A DNA stretch of 62,626 nucleotides, the filler included, from Klebsormidium nitens (taxonomy: Eukaryota > Plantae > Klebsormidiophyceae): the NCBI GenBank assembly GCA_000708835.1. It is 8 parts of 8 records of this genome, joined end to end, with 100 filler letters (N's around TTAATTAATTAA, not from the genome) between each part and the next. Parts side by side here need not be neighbours in the genome. Positions count along the whole stretch, not along the records: positions 47,499 to 49,944 come from DF238687.1; positions 50,045 to 56,216 come from DF238375.1; positions 56,317 to 58,410 come from DF238744.1; positions 58,511 to 62,626 come from DF238584.1; 4 more parts are not named here. One strand, written 5' to 3'. Positions 47,992 to 58,560 of the stretch are shown piece by piece. The notes below the pieces were generated by a model that did no database searches, had not been told where the DNA came from, and worked only from the letters and a program-made list of their open reading frames with translations. How positions within the stretch are numbered: the stretch's first letter is position 1; every line of letters begins with the position of its first letter. The position numbers and the translations under genes are program-made.

Positions 47992-49500
47992 TTGAGCTCG
48001 ACGTGCAACGGGAGCACTTGCGGCGGCAGCGGCTCTCTGTACACCTGAGGGAGCGAGCCGTTTATCTGGGAGCGGAAGCGGAACCGAGGTGGTGCGCTCA
48101 TCTGCCGTGCTGGGCACCTCCTCTGCCTTCGATGCGTGGAGGCTGAGTATGAAGCTGGGCGCCCCTTCACGTCGACCAGGACAGGACAAGCCGTCCTTCA
48201 AGAGGAGCTCTTTGCTAAGTATGAGGCGTTTCCAAAGGGACGGGAGCTTCGGGAGGTACAGTCGGGGGAGGAGGCGAGCGAGGGCGGCTATCAGTTCTTT
48301 GTGCAGAGGAGGGACCTCGCCTCATGTCCGTACTGCCGGGAGCCCAAGGCACACACTGCTTCGTCGAGGCGCGGTGTCAAGAGAGCGCTCGAAGAGGGGC
48401 CGAGTCCTCGAGAACTTGGCACGGTGGCGGTCCTATCGGAATTGAGACGGAGCAAGGGAGTCCCTCCAATTGCGATTGCCCCCGGCCTTTTTCTTGTGCC
48501 CCTGCTCGACGCCCGCAGTGGGCGCATTCTGGACGTTTCTGCAACGGATCGGGGGCTCGTCAATGTACCTCGACTCGTGAAGATCGACCACACGGGCAGC
48601 TTCCGGTGCCTCTGCGGTCAGAGGGCATGCCGTGACCACGACATGTCGTTCCTGGAGGCGACGCGTCTCATGGGCGGCTGGTGGCATACTGGCGAGGCCA
48701 TCTTCACGGCCTTTGATGACGGCCGCCCGTTCGAGCGGGAGGTCACGAGAGGCGTGCCTTGGGTGTTGCCTTTGGAACAAGGGGGGTGCGTGGGGGGTGC
48801 ACTCTTTGGGCTAAACGCGGAGGCTTGGAAAGGAGGGCCGCACCTCCAAGTGATTGTCGTGAGCAACCCTGGGGAGAAGCCCGTGGTTTGCGTGCTCTGG
48901 GGAGAGAATGCGCACTGCAGCGATGTCGACTGCTCGGGTCCGGAGCGGTGCCGGCACCTGTTGAGTGTGCTTTCGAAGCCAACCTTGCCCCTGATTGAGC
49001 GCGCAATTGATGGAGGCGGGAGCGAGGCGACGCGCACCCTTGCTGAGAGGCGGGCAGAAAGGGTCGAGCAGCGGGAAGCGGGGGCGAAGAAGCTCTGGAT
49101 CTGCAACGATCCTGTGTGCCGTCGACCAGACTCAAAAGTAGCGTGCACACACCTGGGGACTTTGGAGCCATGGGAGTGCCTTCCGGCGGCGGCCCTTGAC
49201 ACGGGGCACAGCCACAAAAGGATTGATACGGTCATGAGCCGTGGGGGGGGTTCAGGCGTCACGAGCCTGTGCGAGCGCTGGGGCGAGGAACGGGTCAAGC
49301 GGAGAGACGAGACAAGGCATTTTTGTGCCCCGCGGCCCGTCGATGTGCTTTCTCCTTGTGGCCGTCCATGGCAGCTGGAGAGCAAAAAAGGGGCTCTGAC
49401 GACGGCGGGGGCGCGCTACGAGATTACCGCTTACCGGCGTGTCTGTCGTATTGCTCCAGGACGGGAGGCGGCGTGTTGTAGCATCGCGTATGATGGCCAG
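47992..49500 (+). pseudogene. RING + SWIM-like fingers + CxC domain; N-terminal half of a KDZ-type transposase gene
   Basis: CNGSTC...CRAGHLLCLRC...CPYC (RING-like, TGA at 48046-48048). CLCGQRACRDH, CSDVDCSGPERCRH and CNDPVC...CTH. FCAP...PCG...YRRVC...CCSIAYDGQ, then donor GTACGA at 49501. Confidence 0.65.
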
Positions 49501-50044
49501 GTACGAATCCGGTCCCAAAACAGCGCGCGTACGCGTGATTCATTGGATAGAGCTTGCCGCTTGAAGATGCCGTACGATCTCTCGTTCGACAGTATTGGTG
49601 GCGCTTCCAATCGATCGAAGCGAGAGTAAAGATTGTCCGAATACCACTCTCGGAGATCCTCATGATCATTTTTCAACAATGTCTGTTGCTCATTGCCTTT
49701 TATGAAAGCCCGTTCTCTTTGAGCTGAAGGGCTCCAGAAGAGTCAGGACAGCAACGACAATTGTCGGTCGGCTTCCTCCACAAAGATCCGTTGGTTCCTT
49801 GCTTCGGGAGTCTGAAGTGACGATCGGAGGTCGGTGCAGTCTGCAAGGTTCAGGCCGGCTAAGTATGCTTGCATGTCAAAGTTTATTCCTAGATCATTGA
49901 GATCCCTGTAGTGCCTCACAAGGTTCTTTCTCCTTGTTGCTGTGNNNNNNNNNNNNNNNNNNNNNNNNNNNNNNNNNNNNNNNNNNNNTTAATTAATTAA
50001 NNNNNNNNNNNNNNNNNNNNNNNNNNNNNNNNNNNNNNNNNNNN

Positions 50045-50457
50045 AGGGGGGGAATTACCTTCTCGAATTTGCAAAGGGGCAATTCCGATTGGTATTGAAG
50101 AACTTCAAAACCGTCAAGACACATGGCGTCCAGACTATTGACTTGCCTACTCGAACCAACAACGTGATAGCTGAGAGTCTTCAGGTTTTCCCTCGAAAGT
50201 ATCTTTTGAGCCGCATGAGGACTCCCGACGCCCCAATGTCCAAAAACTACCTCACTAAGTTCTGCGGGTCAATCTTTCCTGACGCCAACATTGGTACTTG
50301 CTTGCTTCGTAAGATCTGTGTCTCGAATGCTATGAAAGATGCTCCCAGTTTGGCCGAAAGGGACGCTCTGGCAAAATCCATGCTTCATACATCCTTGATT
50401 GCTCAACATGTCTATGAAAAGAAGTACCTTCCGGATGGAAGCAAGATTCAATTCTAA
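50045..50457 (+). CDS. Tyrosine recombinase, C-terminal catalytic part (5' truncated)
   Basis: Frame is open from the contig start: GNYLLE...LVLKNFKTVKTHG (catalytic K), IGTCLLRKI (R), LAKSMLHT (H), QHVYEK (Y). Confidence 0.8.
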
Positions 50458-50542
50458 CGGTTGGATTGCTTTCCATTCGATTGAGTTGCATCATGGAACC
50501 CTACTAAACTATTGAAGCATTTTTGCAACGTCTGGCAAACGT

Positions 50543-50866
50543 TCATGATACCTCAATGCCTGCAAACGCTGACAATGTGTAGACTGGTGTTTCAGCTTGA
50601 TTTATATCAGAGGGCGAGACATCAAAGCCCGCGTTTGCCAAACGGATCAGCGTCTGTCTGTGGAACCTCTTTGTGTTGCCTTCAAGGAAGCGCTTGTACG
50701 CCTTCTGCATCAAAATCTTTTCAGAATTGCGATTATAGTACGCCTTGACATGAGCATTGTGCCTCTCGGGGTGCATTTGCTGATATCGTCGATGGTTCTC
50801 ACAAGCACGGCATGAGCATCGACGTTGGGTGGCGTCCTTGAAGCTGGCGGAGTCCTCATGGAACAT
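50543..50866 (-). CDS. Small basic protein, 107 aa, unknown
   Basis: ATG at 50866; CSCRAC and AYYNRNSEKILMQKAYKR; divergent from the primase across a 100-bp AT-rich gap. Confidence 0.55.
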   Translation of the reverse strand: MFHEDSASFKDATQRRCSCRACENHRRYQQMHPERHNAHVKAYYNRNSEKILMQKAYKRFLEGNTKRFHRQTLIRLANAGFDVSPSDINQAETPVYTLSAFAGIEVS

Positions 50867-50966
50867 GTTTTGTCCTGCAATGTAGCTACGAAAAAAAGAA
50901 ACACTCGCACAAATAGCCGCGTTCAAAACATTGTTTTATTTTCTTGACGACTGACTATAGAAAACA

Positions 50967-53765
50967 ATGGCTGAGCACGGCAAGCACGAATTTCATGATG
51001 GCTCTAGGGCCTTGGCCCCCCAAGAGACTAAGGCCCTAGGGCCCACGGGCATCAAGGACGAGGTTAAGCGCTTGGCCGGTCTTGGCTACTACGGAATCCC
51101 GGTTCATGTCACACAAAAATCAAACGGTAAAAAGAGCACCCGATTTCCCAACAAGTGGGAGCACATAAAGACTCCGCAAAGCTGGAAGGAGAACATCCAG
51201 GGCATACTCGATCAATTCGTCGATCCAAACGGCATTGCAATCCTAACGGGTCCAAGCAATCTCTATATTATCGACGTTGACGTGGACGGAGATGACAAAA
51301 AACCGTCCGGTATGAGCCTCTGGAAGACGTTGGTAGCCGAACACGGACAGCCGGATACCTTAAAAGTGATCTCTGGAAGGAATGGCCTGCATCTGTACTT
51401 TAAAAGAGATCAAACTATTGGCTTGAAAAAGCTGAACAACTTCCAAGGTTTGACATTGAAGAATGTGAGCTATACGCTGGATGGACGCGGGGTTGGCGGT
51501 GTGATTTTCGCGCCACCGACGGCCTATAGCGCAAACGGCAAGCTATTTCAATACAGATGGGTTTCGGAGCCGGTACAAGGTGAGAGGGGGGATGTAAAAG
51601 GGATCCCCAGATGGCTTGCAAATGTCATCAATACCGGACGTGACAAGCAACCGGCCGGTCCGAGCATTGCCTTGCCAAATACTATCCAAAGCGACCACAC
51701 ACACGCTCGCAATGAAGATTCCCAGCCGACAAATGGCGAGCGCGAACTAAGCAGCAATCAAGCCGCCGGCTTCAAGATGGATTCAGCAGCTGTACGTGAG
51801 GTGCAAGAGTTGCTACGCAAACACGCTGCGAACGACTCGACCGCACTCTATGGCGGCTCAACGACGCTCCCAAATGGCAATCGATCCTTTCAGTTTCGCG
51901 TGAAAGGGCCGAGGACTTGCTATCTTGGAAGCAACCACAATGGTTCGAACAACTTTACGGTGATTCAAGGATGCGCTGGGGACTTTCAAGAGGTCTACTA
52001 TCGATGTTTTGGAACGGCATGTTCCGGCCAGAGCACCAAACTTCTTGGAAAGTTGAGCATCGCCGCAGCTTTTGAGCAAGTGGGGGTGGTGGAGTTTGGA
52101 ATAAGAGATGGTGCGGTGAGTTGTGCAAGCACGTTAAATGCACGGCTGCCTCATCCGTTCTTGGAGGCAAATGTAGGCCGGAGCGACTGGGGTGCCGCTT
52201 CGATATTTGCCAACCTCTTCGAGCACGACAGGCGCGTAGTCTATGATGCGGGGGTGTTCTGGACGTGGAATGGGGTGGCGTGGGTGCAATGCGATTCAGA
52301 CGCCACGGAGATCAAGAGCGCTTTCATGTACCACATGGGTAGAGTGAAAGCGTATTGGCTCAACAATCTAACGACTATGTGTAATGAAGAGCTCGACAAG
52401 GCCAAATTAACAATGGCTGCAGGGTTGGAGAGTCTTCGAGCAGCTCAAGAGCATGCGGAACAGCTGTCGGAAGAAGACGTTCGCAAAAAAAAGAGCAATG
52501 AAAGGGCGATCTTGAAGGCCTTTCAGCAAAGTAAACAAGGTGCAGAGAAGATGACCAAATGGCATGGGCCCGATGTGGAGTCGGTACCAATTGCAAGCCG
52601 ATGCATCGTCCCATTGAGACGTCTCCTGAGGGTCAACAATTTTGCCAAGGAGCTCAACGCAGCTCGAGATTTCTTAAACACGACATCCGGCGCAGTACAC
52701 CTGCCGACAGTTCAATTGATACCTCACCATCCCCGTAATACTATGCTCTCAAAAGAGTCTTCAACCGAGTACGAGGGACCTACATACCCGTCTCCGTTGA
52801 TCGACGAATTCATGTTGCAGGTGCAGACTGCAGAAATCATCCCCATACTCCAAATGACACTTGGATACGGCATCACGGGCCATAGCAAAGAAAAGCAATT
52901 CATAATCATGTACGGGCCATCCAATTCAGGCAAGACGAGGCTCGTCGCAATGCTCTCAGGGGCAATCGGCCCATATTGCGTCACCATGGATAGAGATTGC
53001 GTCATCGGGGCCGGCTCTCGCTCGGAGGGCGCAGCAACGCCGCATCTTGTGACGCTAGAAGGCGCGCACGTAGCCGTCTTAGAGGAGACCAAGGACGAAG
53101 ACTCGTATAACGCTGCAAACCTCAAGTCCATTGCCTCTGGCAATGGAGCCATGACCGTTCGGGGGCTGCACATGAAGCCGATCGAAGTCAACATGCGTTG
53201 TCTACCTATCATCTGCACAAACGCTCTTCCTAAGTTCAATGTAAGCGATTCGGGGACACTGAAGAAGCTTCGCGTCTTTCCATTTACTCGCGAGTTTGTC
53301 GATAAGCCTCGCCCAAACACGAACGAACGGCTTATTGATTCCGACTTGGTCGACAAGATCAACACTTCAGAGTGGAGAAAGCAGATGCTTGCTTGGCTTG
53401 TTCGCGGAAGTATGGCGTGGTATGCAAAAGGCGGCCTTCCGAATGTGGAAGAGCTACCTGAAGCCATGCAACGTGCTCTCGACGGCTATATAAAAGCCAA
53501 CGACCACTTCAACAACTTTATCGTGGACCATTGTATCCTTCGTGAGGGCAAGGTGTGTCATGTAGACGTTCTCAAACAGGCATACGAGAACTATATTGGA
53601 AGACGCGACCGTCCCATGATCGTAACAGAGTTCAAGGTCCTCATGAAAGGCCTGAAGGGTGTCACTTATGAAAAGCAAATCAAGTTGCGAGGGCGGAATA
53701 CAACCGGGTACAGAGGCATATGCTTAAGTTACGCCGCTGATGACGCGGAAATCTCAAAGGACTGA
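50967..53765 (+). CDS. Primase-helicase: Prim-Pol (bifunctional AEP) domain, zinc-binding region, D5_N and SF3 helicase; 932 aa, intronless
   Basis: NGIAILTG, YIIDVD, SGRNGLHLYF, DGRGVGGVIFAPPT, YRW. C-x5-H...YYRC-x4-C. VYDAGVFWTWNG. Walker A GPSNSGKT, Walker B AVLEET, motif C IICTNALP. Confidence 0.95.
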   Translation: MAEHGKHEFHDGSRALAPQETKALGPTGIKDEVKRLAGLGYYGIPVHVTQKSNGKKSTRFPNKWEHIKTPQSWKENIQGILDQFVDPNGIAILTGPSNLYIIDVDVDGDDKKPSGMSLWKTLVAEHGQPDTLKVISGRNGLHLYFKRDQTIGLKKLNNFQGLTLKNVSYTLDGRGVGGVIFAPPTAYSANGKLFQYRWVSEPVQGERGDVKGIPRWLANVINTGRDKQPAGPSIALPNTIQSDHTHARNEDSQPTNGERELSSNQAAGFKMDSAAVREVQELLRKHAANDSTALYGGSTTLPNGNRSFQFRVKGPRTCYLGSNHNGSNNFTVIQGCAGDFQEVYYRCFGTACSGQSTKLLGKLSIAAAFEQVGVVEFGIRDGAVSCASTLNARLPHPFLEANVGRSDWGAASIFANLFEHDRRVVYDAGVFWTWNGVAWVQCDSDATEIKSAFMYHMGRVKAYWLNNLTTMCNEELDKAKLTMAAGLESLRAAQEHAEQLSEEDVRKKKSNERAILKAFQQSKQGAEKMTKWHGPDVESVPIASRCIVPLRRLLRVNNFAKELNAARDFLNTTSGAVHLPTVQLIPHHPRNTMLSKESSTEYEGPTYPSPLIDEFMLQVQTAEIIPILQMTLGYGITGHSKEKQFIIMYGPSNSGKTRLVAMLSGAIGPYCVTMDRDCVIGAGSRSEGAATPHLVTLEGAHVAVLEETKDEDSYNAANLKSIASGNGAMTVRGLHMKPIEVNMRCLPIICTNALPKFNVSDSGTLKKLRVFPFTREFVDKPRPNTNERLIDSDLVDKINTSEWRKQMLAWLVRGSMAWYAKGGLPNVEELPEAMQRALDGYIKANDHFNNFIVDHCILREGKVCHVDVLKQAYENYIGRRDRPMIVTEFKVLMKGLKGVTYEKQIKLRGRNTTGYRGICLSYAADDAEISKD

Positions 53766-53852
53766 GGCCGATTGGCTGGTCTCCCAATTTTGCGCATGAT
53801 TCTTGCGGACATGCATCATGTTCATGGCATGTTACATGCATGCTAGCAAAGG

Positions 53853-54138
53853 AGGTAGGTGGGGGGTAGGTATGGGGTAGGTGCTTCAAAAACCAGTTGT
53901 TTTGGAATAACCTAAGGGTTAATAATTAAAAGGTAGGTAAAGTAGGTATATATATTATATATTATATGAAAATTGTTTTCAAAATGCATCATCGTGACGT
54001 GTAAAACAAACAATTCTCTTCGAGAGCAAGCGGGCGCCTACCTACCTACTTACCTACCTCAAATTTAAGTGTATCGACCTTTCAACCCTGCTTCACCAAT
54101 TGCTTCACATTAGAGCGACCTACCCCCCAAACCTACCT
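53853..54138. other. Origin-like structure: two concentric inverted-repeat pairs around an AT-rich core
   Basis: Outer pair AGGTAGGTGGGGGGTAGGT (53853-53871) / ACCTACCCCCCAAACCTACCT (54118-54138). Inner pair AGGTAGGTAAAGTAGGT (53931-53947) / ACCTACTTACCTACCT (54044-54059). Both centre on about 53995. Confidence 0.75.
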
Positions 54139-54176
54139 GCTCCAAGGATCGCTCTTTTAGGATCGAAAATTTAATG

Positions 54177-56216
54177 TCAAATCGACCATCTTCCGTGGCC
54201 GCACCTACCTATCCCCGGAGCAGCACCGCACAGATTGCAATCGACCACACATGCACTCGCAGCAATTCCCACGCCTAGCTTTGCATCATCCACCCGCTTC
54301 AGCCCAGCATTGTAGGCATCGAGGAGAAGCGGGAGGATCACCATAAAGCTTTCAAGCCCCGAGTACCAGCCGAGAGACCGAAACCCCTTCAGAAAGGAGT
54401 TGACAGACTCCACGGCCGATGTGTTGACCCAGCGAAGCGAGTCGTAGCTGTCCGCGGAGTTGCTTGGCCCACACTTGTGGACCTCGGCGCCTGCCTTTGC
54501 GTAGTGAAACCTGCGAGCCCCACACAAAACGTGTACATGAGCATCAATGTTGTGGTTCAATACCCAACTCCAAAGAGTCACAAGCTCCAATGTATCACCT
54601 GCTCAAGTCCATTGGCGATATAGATACACATGTACACGTCCTCCATTCCTTGCTCAAGCTCACCTGTCCACCACGAACCGTACATTTGCAAAGTGCGCCG
54701 GTGCGCGTCTCATACAATAGTTGCGAAGGGCGCACGCGTTGTCGTAGACCACCACCTCCGGGAGATCCTCGCGCCTCAATCGCGTGTACAGAACCGCAAA
54801 TGGGTCCCGTGGGCTTTCGCCTCGAAGCATGACATGGAAGCCGTAGATCACCCGATGTGGACAGCAGAACACGAACACACCCCTGCTTCGAGTGGGCCGC
54901 TTTGCAGCGCCCCCCTTCTTGCCTCCTTTCCCTCCCCCCTTCACGAGGCCGGGGACGTTCTCAGAGTCCCAATCCGTAATAGACTTTCCCGTCGCACACT
55001 TGAACTCTTCCGAGCTTCGACTACGACCATCCGAGTGCTCAAAGCTGCTGTATTGTGGCAGGCCTCGCTTTTGCTCCCACCCCGGAAAGCTATAGTGCGC
55101 CAGCGCGTCTTGCTCGGCTCTGAAGGCGTGTCCCTTTGGCAATGGATGCAACTCAACCCCCTCCTCGTCGCGCCCCAAACGGTCCCAGAGCAAGGCCCTC
55201 TGCCTCTCGCTCATCGAGCGCCATTGCTGTGGGCTTGGACTCAAGTTCTCGACGCCCGGAAGGAGCTCGTTTGCCAGAGCGCGCGCCTTTTCCAAACGCC
55301 CGCTCTCCTCTTGCGACAGAGGTCTCTCTCTCGCCTCACGCAGCAGCCAAACGGCCTCGTCAAACGGCCGGACCGCTTGGTAAACCCACCCAAACTCCCC
55401 TTCCAACTTCGAACCCTGTCGTCCCTCTTGCGGCAAGCGTTAGAAGGTACAGCTGATGGAGGGTCCCCATGAAGAACGCAGGGAACGTGAGCCCTCCGTA
55501 TGCATCAAGGATCCGCCTCAGGATCGGGGCCGCTCCCCCCATTTGCCGCCGGTCCTCGAGCGAAGCCTCGCCCCCGAGAAGCAACTTGTGGATCACGCCG
55601 AGAGCGGCCCCTCCGATCAGATCCTCGTCCGAGTCGTGGGCCCCCAACGAGTAAAGCAACTCGGTCCACTCCCCAACCCAGCTCTCCCAGAGGTTGGGAT
55701 TCATCCCTCTCGCCTCAAAGTCCGCTTGGATGCCCCTTAGGAGCTCGTAAACCGCAAGGTTGCGGTCCCTCACCATGGTTCGCTGCTCCGTCAGCAGGCG
55801 CCTCTTGCCGTCCTCCGGGAGTGGACCCTCAGCTTCGCCCGGACCGATGCATTTCACCACGCGAGGGTCCTCGTGCGCTAGGCCGTTCAAGAGGCTCGTA
55901 AAGCCCGCTTTCGACAGCCTTGGCCCGAGCTTCTCATCCTTCGGTCGATGCTGCGACAGGCGAGCAATTGCGTCTCGTAGCTCAGGCTGAAGGAGAAGCT
56001 TTCGTTTCATCCCCGCTCCTTCCAGACCCGCCCCGCAATAGTCTCGACCAGAGATGGACCGCTTCTCAAGCAGCTCCCCAGTCGCTAACCGACTCGGATG
56101 CACCATTGTTCGTCGAGCATCTAGAGTTGTGCTGCCGAGACCCCCCGGCTTTCTTCCCCCATCCGAGTTGGCAAGCCCCACGATCCCGTCGCAAAGGAGA
56201 ACCTGTGTATGAACAC
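54177..56216 (-). mobile_element. KDZ (Kyakuja-Dileera-Zisupton)-type transposase core
   Basis: GVFVFCCPHRVIYGFHVM...ESPRDPF...VVYDNAC...FVVDR|FHY...NTSAVESVN. Intron 54511-54663 is phase-consistent. Frame change near 55430. Confidence 0.85.
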
Positions 56217-56316
56217 NNNNNNNNNNNNNNNNNNNNNNNNNNNNNNNNNNNNNNNNNNNNTTAATTAATTAANNNNNNNNNNNNNNNNNNNNNNNNNNNN
56301 NNNNNNNNNNNNNNNN

Positions 56317-58146
56317 ATCTCAACAGACGGTCATCGTAAAGAGTCATTCGGATGTTACCGTCAAAACTTTGACTCCGAATTACCGTCAAAAACCGTCGAC
56401 GTTTCTAACGCCTAATCTCTAAATTGCGCTTCTAATTTTCCAATTTTGAATTCCATGCGCATACGCTCTTGATCTCAAACTCCCCCACACTCTAATGACT
56501 TATGCAATTCCTAACAAAAGCTCTTGCACTTCTTCCGCTTCCTATGTGCTAACGCCTTGGTCAGGATGTCCGCCTTCATGTCCCCCGTCCTGCAATACGC
56601 GGTCCCGACCTCCTTGCGTGCCAAACCCTCCCGTGCAAAGTGATGAATCACGTCAAGGTGCTTCGAGCGCTGCACGAAGCAATCGGATGCTTTAGCCGTA
56701 TTTGCCTTTGGTTGTTGCTGTAAATCTGGACCGGATCCCGAGTTCCAACTCAAGATCTCCCCCAAGCTTGTGAAACCACAGCGCCTTCTTCATCGCTTGC
56801 GCTGCACTAAGGTATTCAGCTTCCACTGTCGAGGCCGACCCTGTTGGCTGCACCCTGATCGACCAGCTGACTACCCTCCCGTACATCAAAACGACGTACC
56901 CCGTTGTGGACCGCCTCACGTCCACGTCACACGCATCATCCGCGTCGCAGTAATCGACGACAGTCCCGTCGCTTTCCCCGTCCCCGCCAGGTAGCGCACC
57001 ACTCCAAGCGCCGCACGCCAGTGTGACTCCGTCGGCTTCGCCATGCAGCGCGCAAGCGCGCTCACCGCCTCTGCGATGTCAGCTGTGCACAACGCACACG
57101 TGCACACACTCAAGTATAGCACGCTTCCCACAGACCTGCTGTATGAAAACCGCTTCGTGTCCATGGGCTCACCTTCCCCCCTCAACTTGTCCTCCATTCC
57201 ACCGTGGAACCTCGTCGCCAAGTGCGCCTGAATGCACTTCGCTCACCAGTCTGGCACTGGGGTGTCGTCCACCCACACCACGAGGTAGACCCGTTCTCCG
57301 GCTATGATCCCCATGAAAATGTTGCGTCCGCCATGGACGCTACAAACTTGAAGTTCCCGAGCTCCTCCTTTAGGCGCATGTGTCGCACGCACGCGGCGGC
57401 GGGCGCAACACGTACAAGGTGCGCTTGAGGCGGCAGACCATCTCCGGCCCACCTTACTCGTATCCCTGCTGCTGCTGCACGCGTCAATCTCTTCCTCCAG
57501 CTCCCTATTAAGGAACTCCGTCTTGACATCCAGCTGGTGCAGCTCCACGTCGTGCTCCACGACCACTGCCAACAATGCACGCAACGTCGTGTGCTTGCTC
57601 AACGGGGCGGAAATCTCGTTGGAGTCAATTCCGTGCTTTTGCAAATAGCCTTTGGCCACCAGCCGAGGGTTGTACCGCTCCACATTCCCGTGAGCGTCCT
57701 GCTTGATCTTGTAAACCCACTTCATGCGAACCGGCTTGACCCCTTCCATTTTTTCGACGATCTCCCACGTCCTGTTATCCAACAAAGAACGCAACTCCTC
57801 GTCCATGGACTTCCGCTGGCTTGAGGTCACTCTCTTCTCCTCTACGGCTTCTAATAATGCTGCGCTTCTGAGTGCTTCCCTGTCTCTTTGGGGTGCTTCC
57901 CCGCTTCAGCGTCCGCCGCCAAGTTGGCGCGGTACCACTTCCATGGTACCTCTCTTGGTCCCCCTCCATCTCGTCCAGCTCTGCTCGGCTTAGCGTGGCG
58001 CTCAAGATCCAAAACCTCCCCAAATTGGCTGGTTCTTGGATTTGGCGCGTTAACTCGTTTCGGAGAGGCCTGGCGCGCGCCGACTCCGATCACGGCCCTT
58101 TTTAAACCATTGTCGGATCTTATGCGCCACCCTCTCTCACCGTGGG
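56317..58146 (-). mobile_element. Degenerate Ty1/copia RT-RNase H and 3' end
   Basis: KWVYKIK, RLVAKGY, HQLDVKT, RRSTTGYV, STVEAEY, SKHLDVIHHF, MKADILTKAL; purine tract near 56472-56493. Confidence 0.92.
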
Positions 58147-58410
58147 TGTTAGAATCCGGTGATTATGGTCAGCCGGATTACTCCGTGATTAGGGTTCGGA
58201 CCGAGTTAGGGTTTGAACTAGTGAGCGCCGGCGTGCGTGCACAGCGGTTAGGCGGTTAACCTTGGAGGTTAGGCGGTTGAGAGGGCCGCCGATATGGAGC
58301 CGTAGATGAGGATATCGATGGCTATGATTGAGTGTGAGTATGATCTAGGCTAGTGAGCCTAGTAGTGTGTGACTTAGGCTGTGAGCCTAGTAGGCTAGTG
58401 AGCCAAGTGG
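58147..58410 (+). mobile_element. LTR (family C), truncated by a spacer
   Basis: TGTTAGAATCCGGTGATTATGGTCAG matches the start at 31852. Confidence 0.85.
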
Positions 58411-58560
58411 NNNNNNNNNNNNNNNNNNNNNNNNNNNNNNNNNNNNNNNNNNNNTTAATTAATTAANNNNNNNNNNNNNNNNNNNNNNNNNNNNNNNNNN
58501 NNNNNNNNNNTGTTCTCGTGCCAGCTGTGCAACGTGGAATGTTCCGCGAGATGCTAAAGC

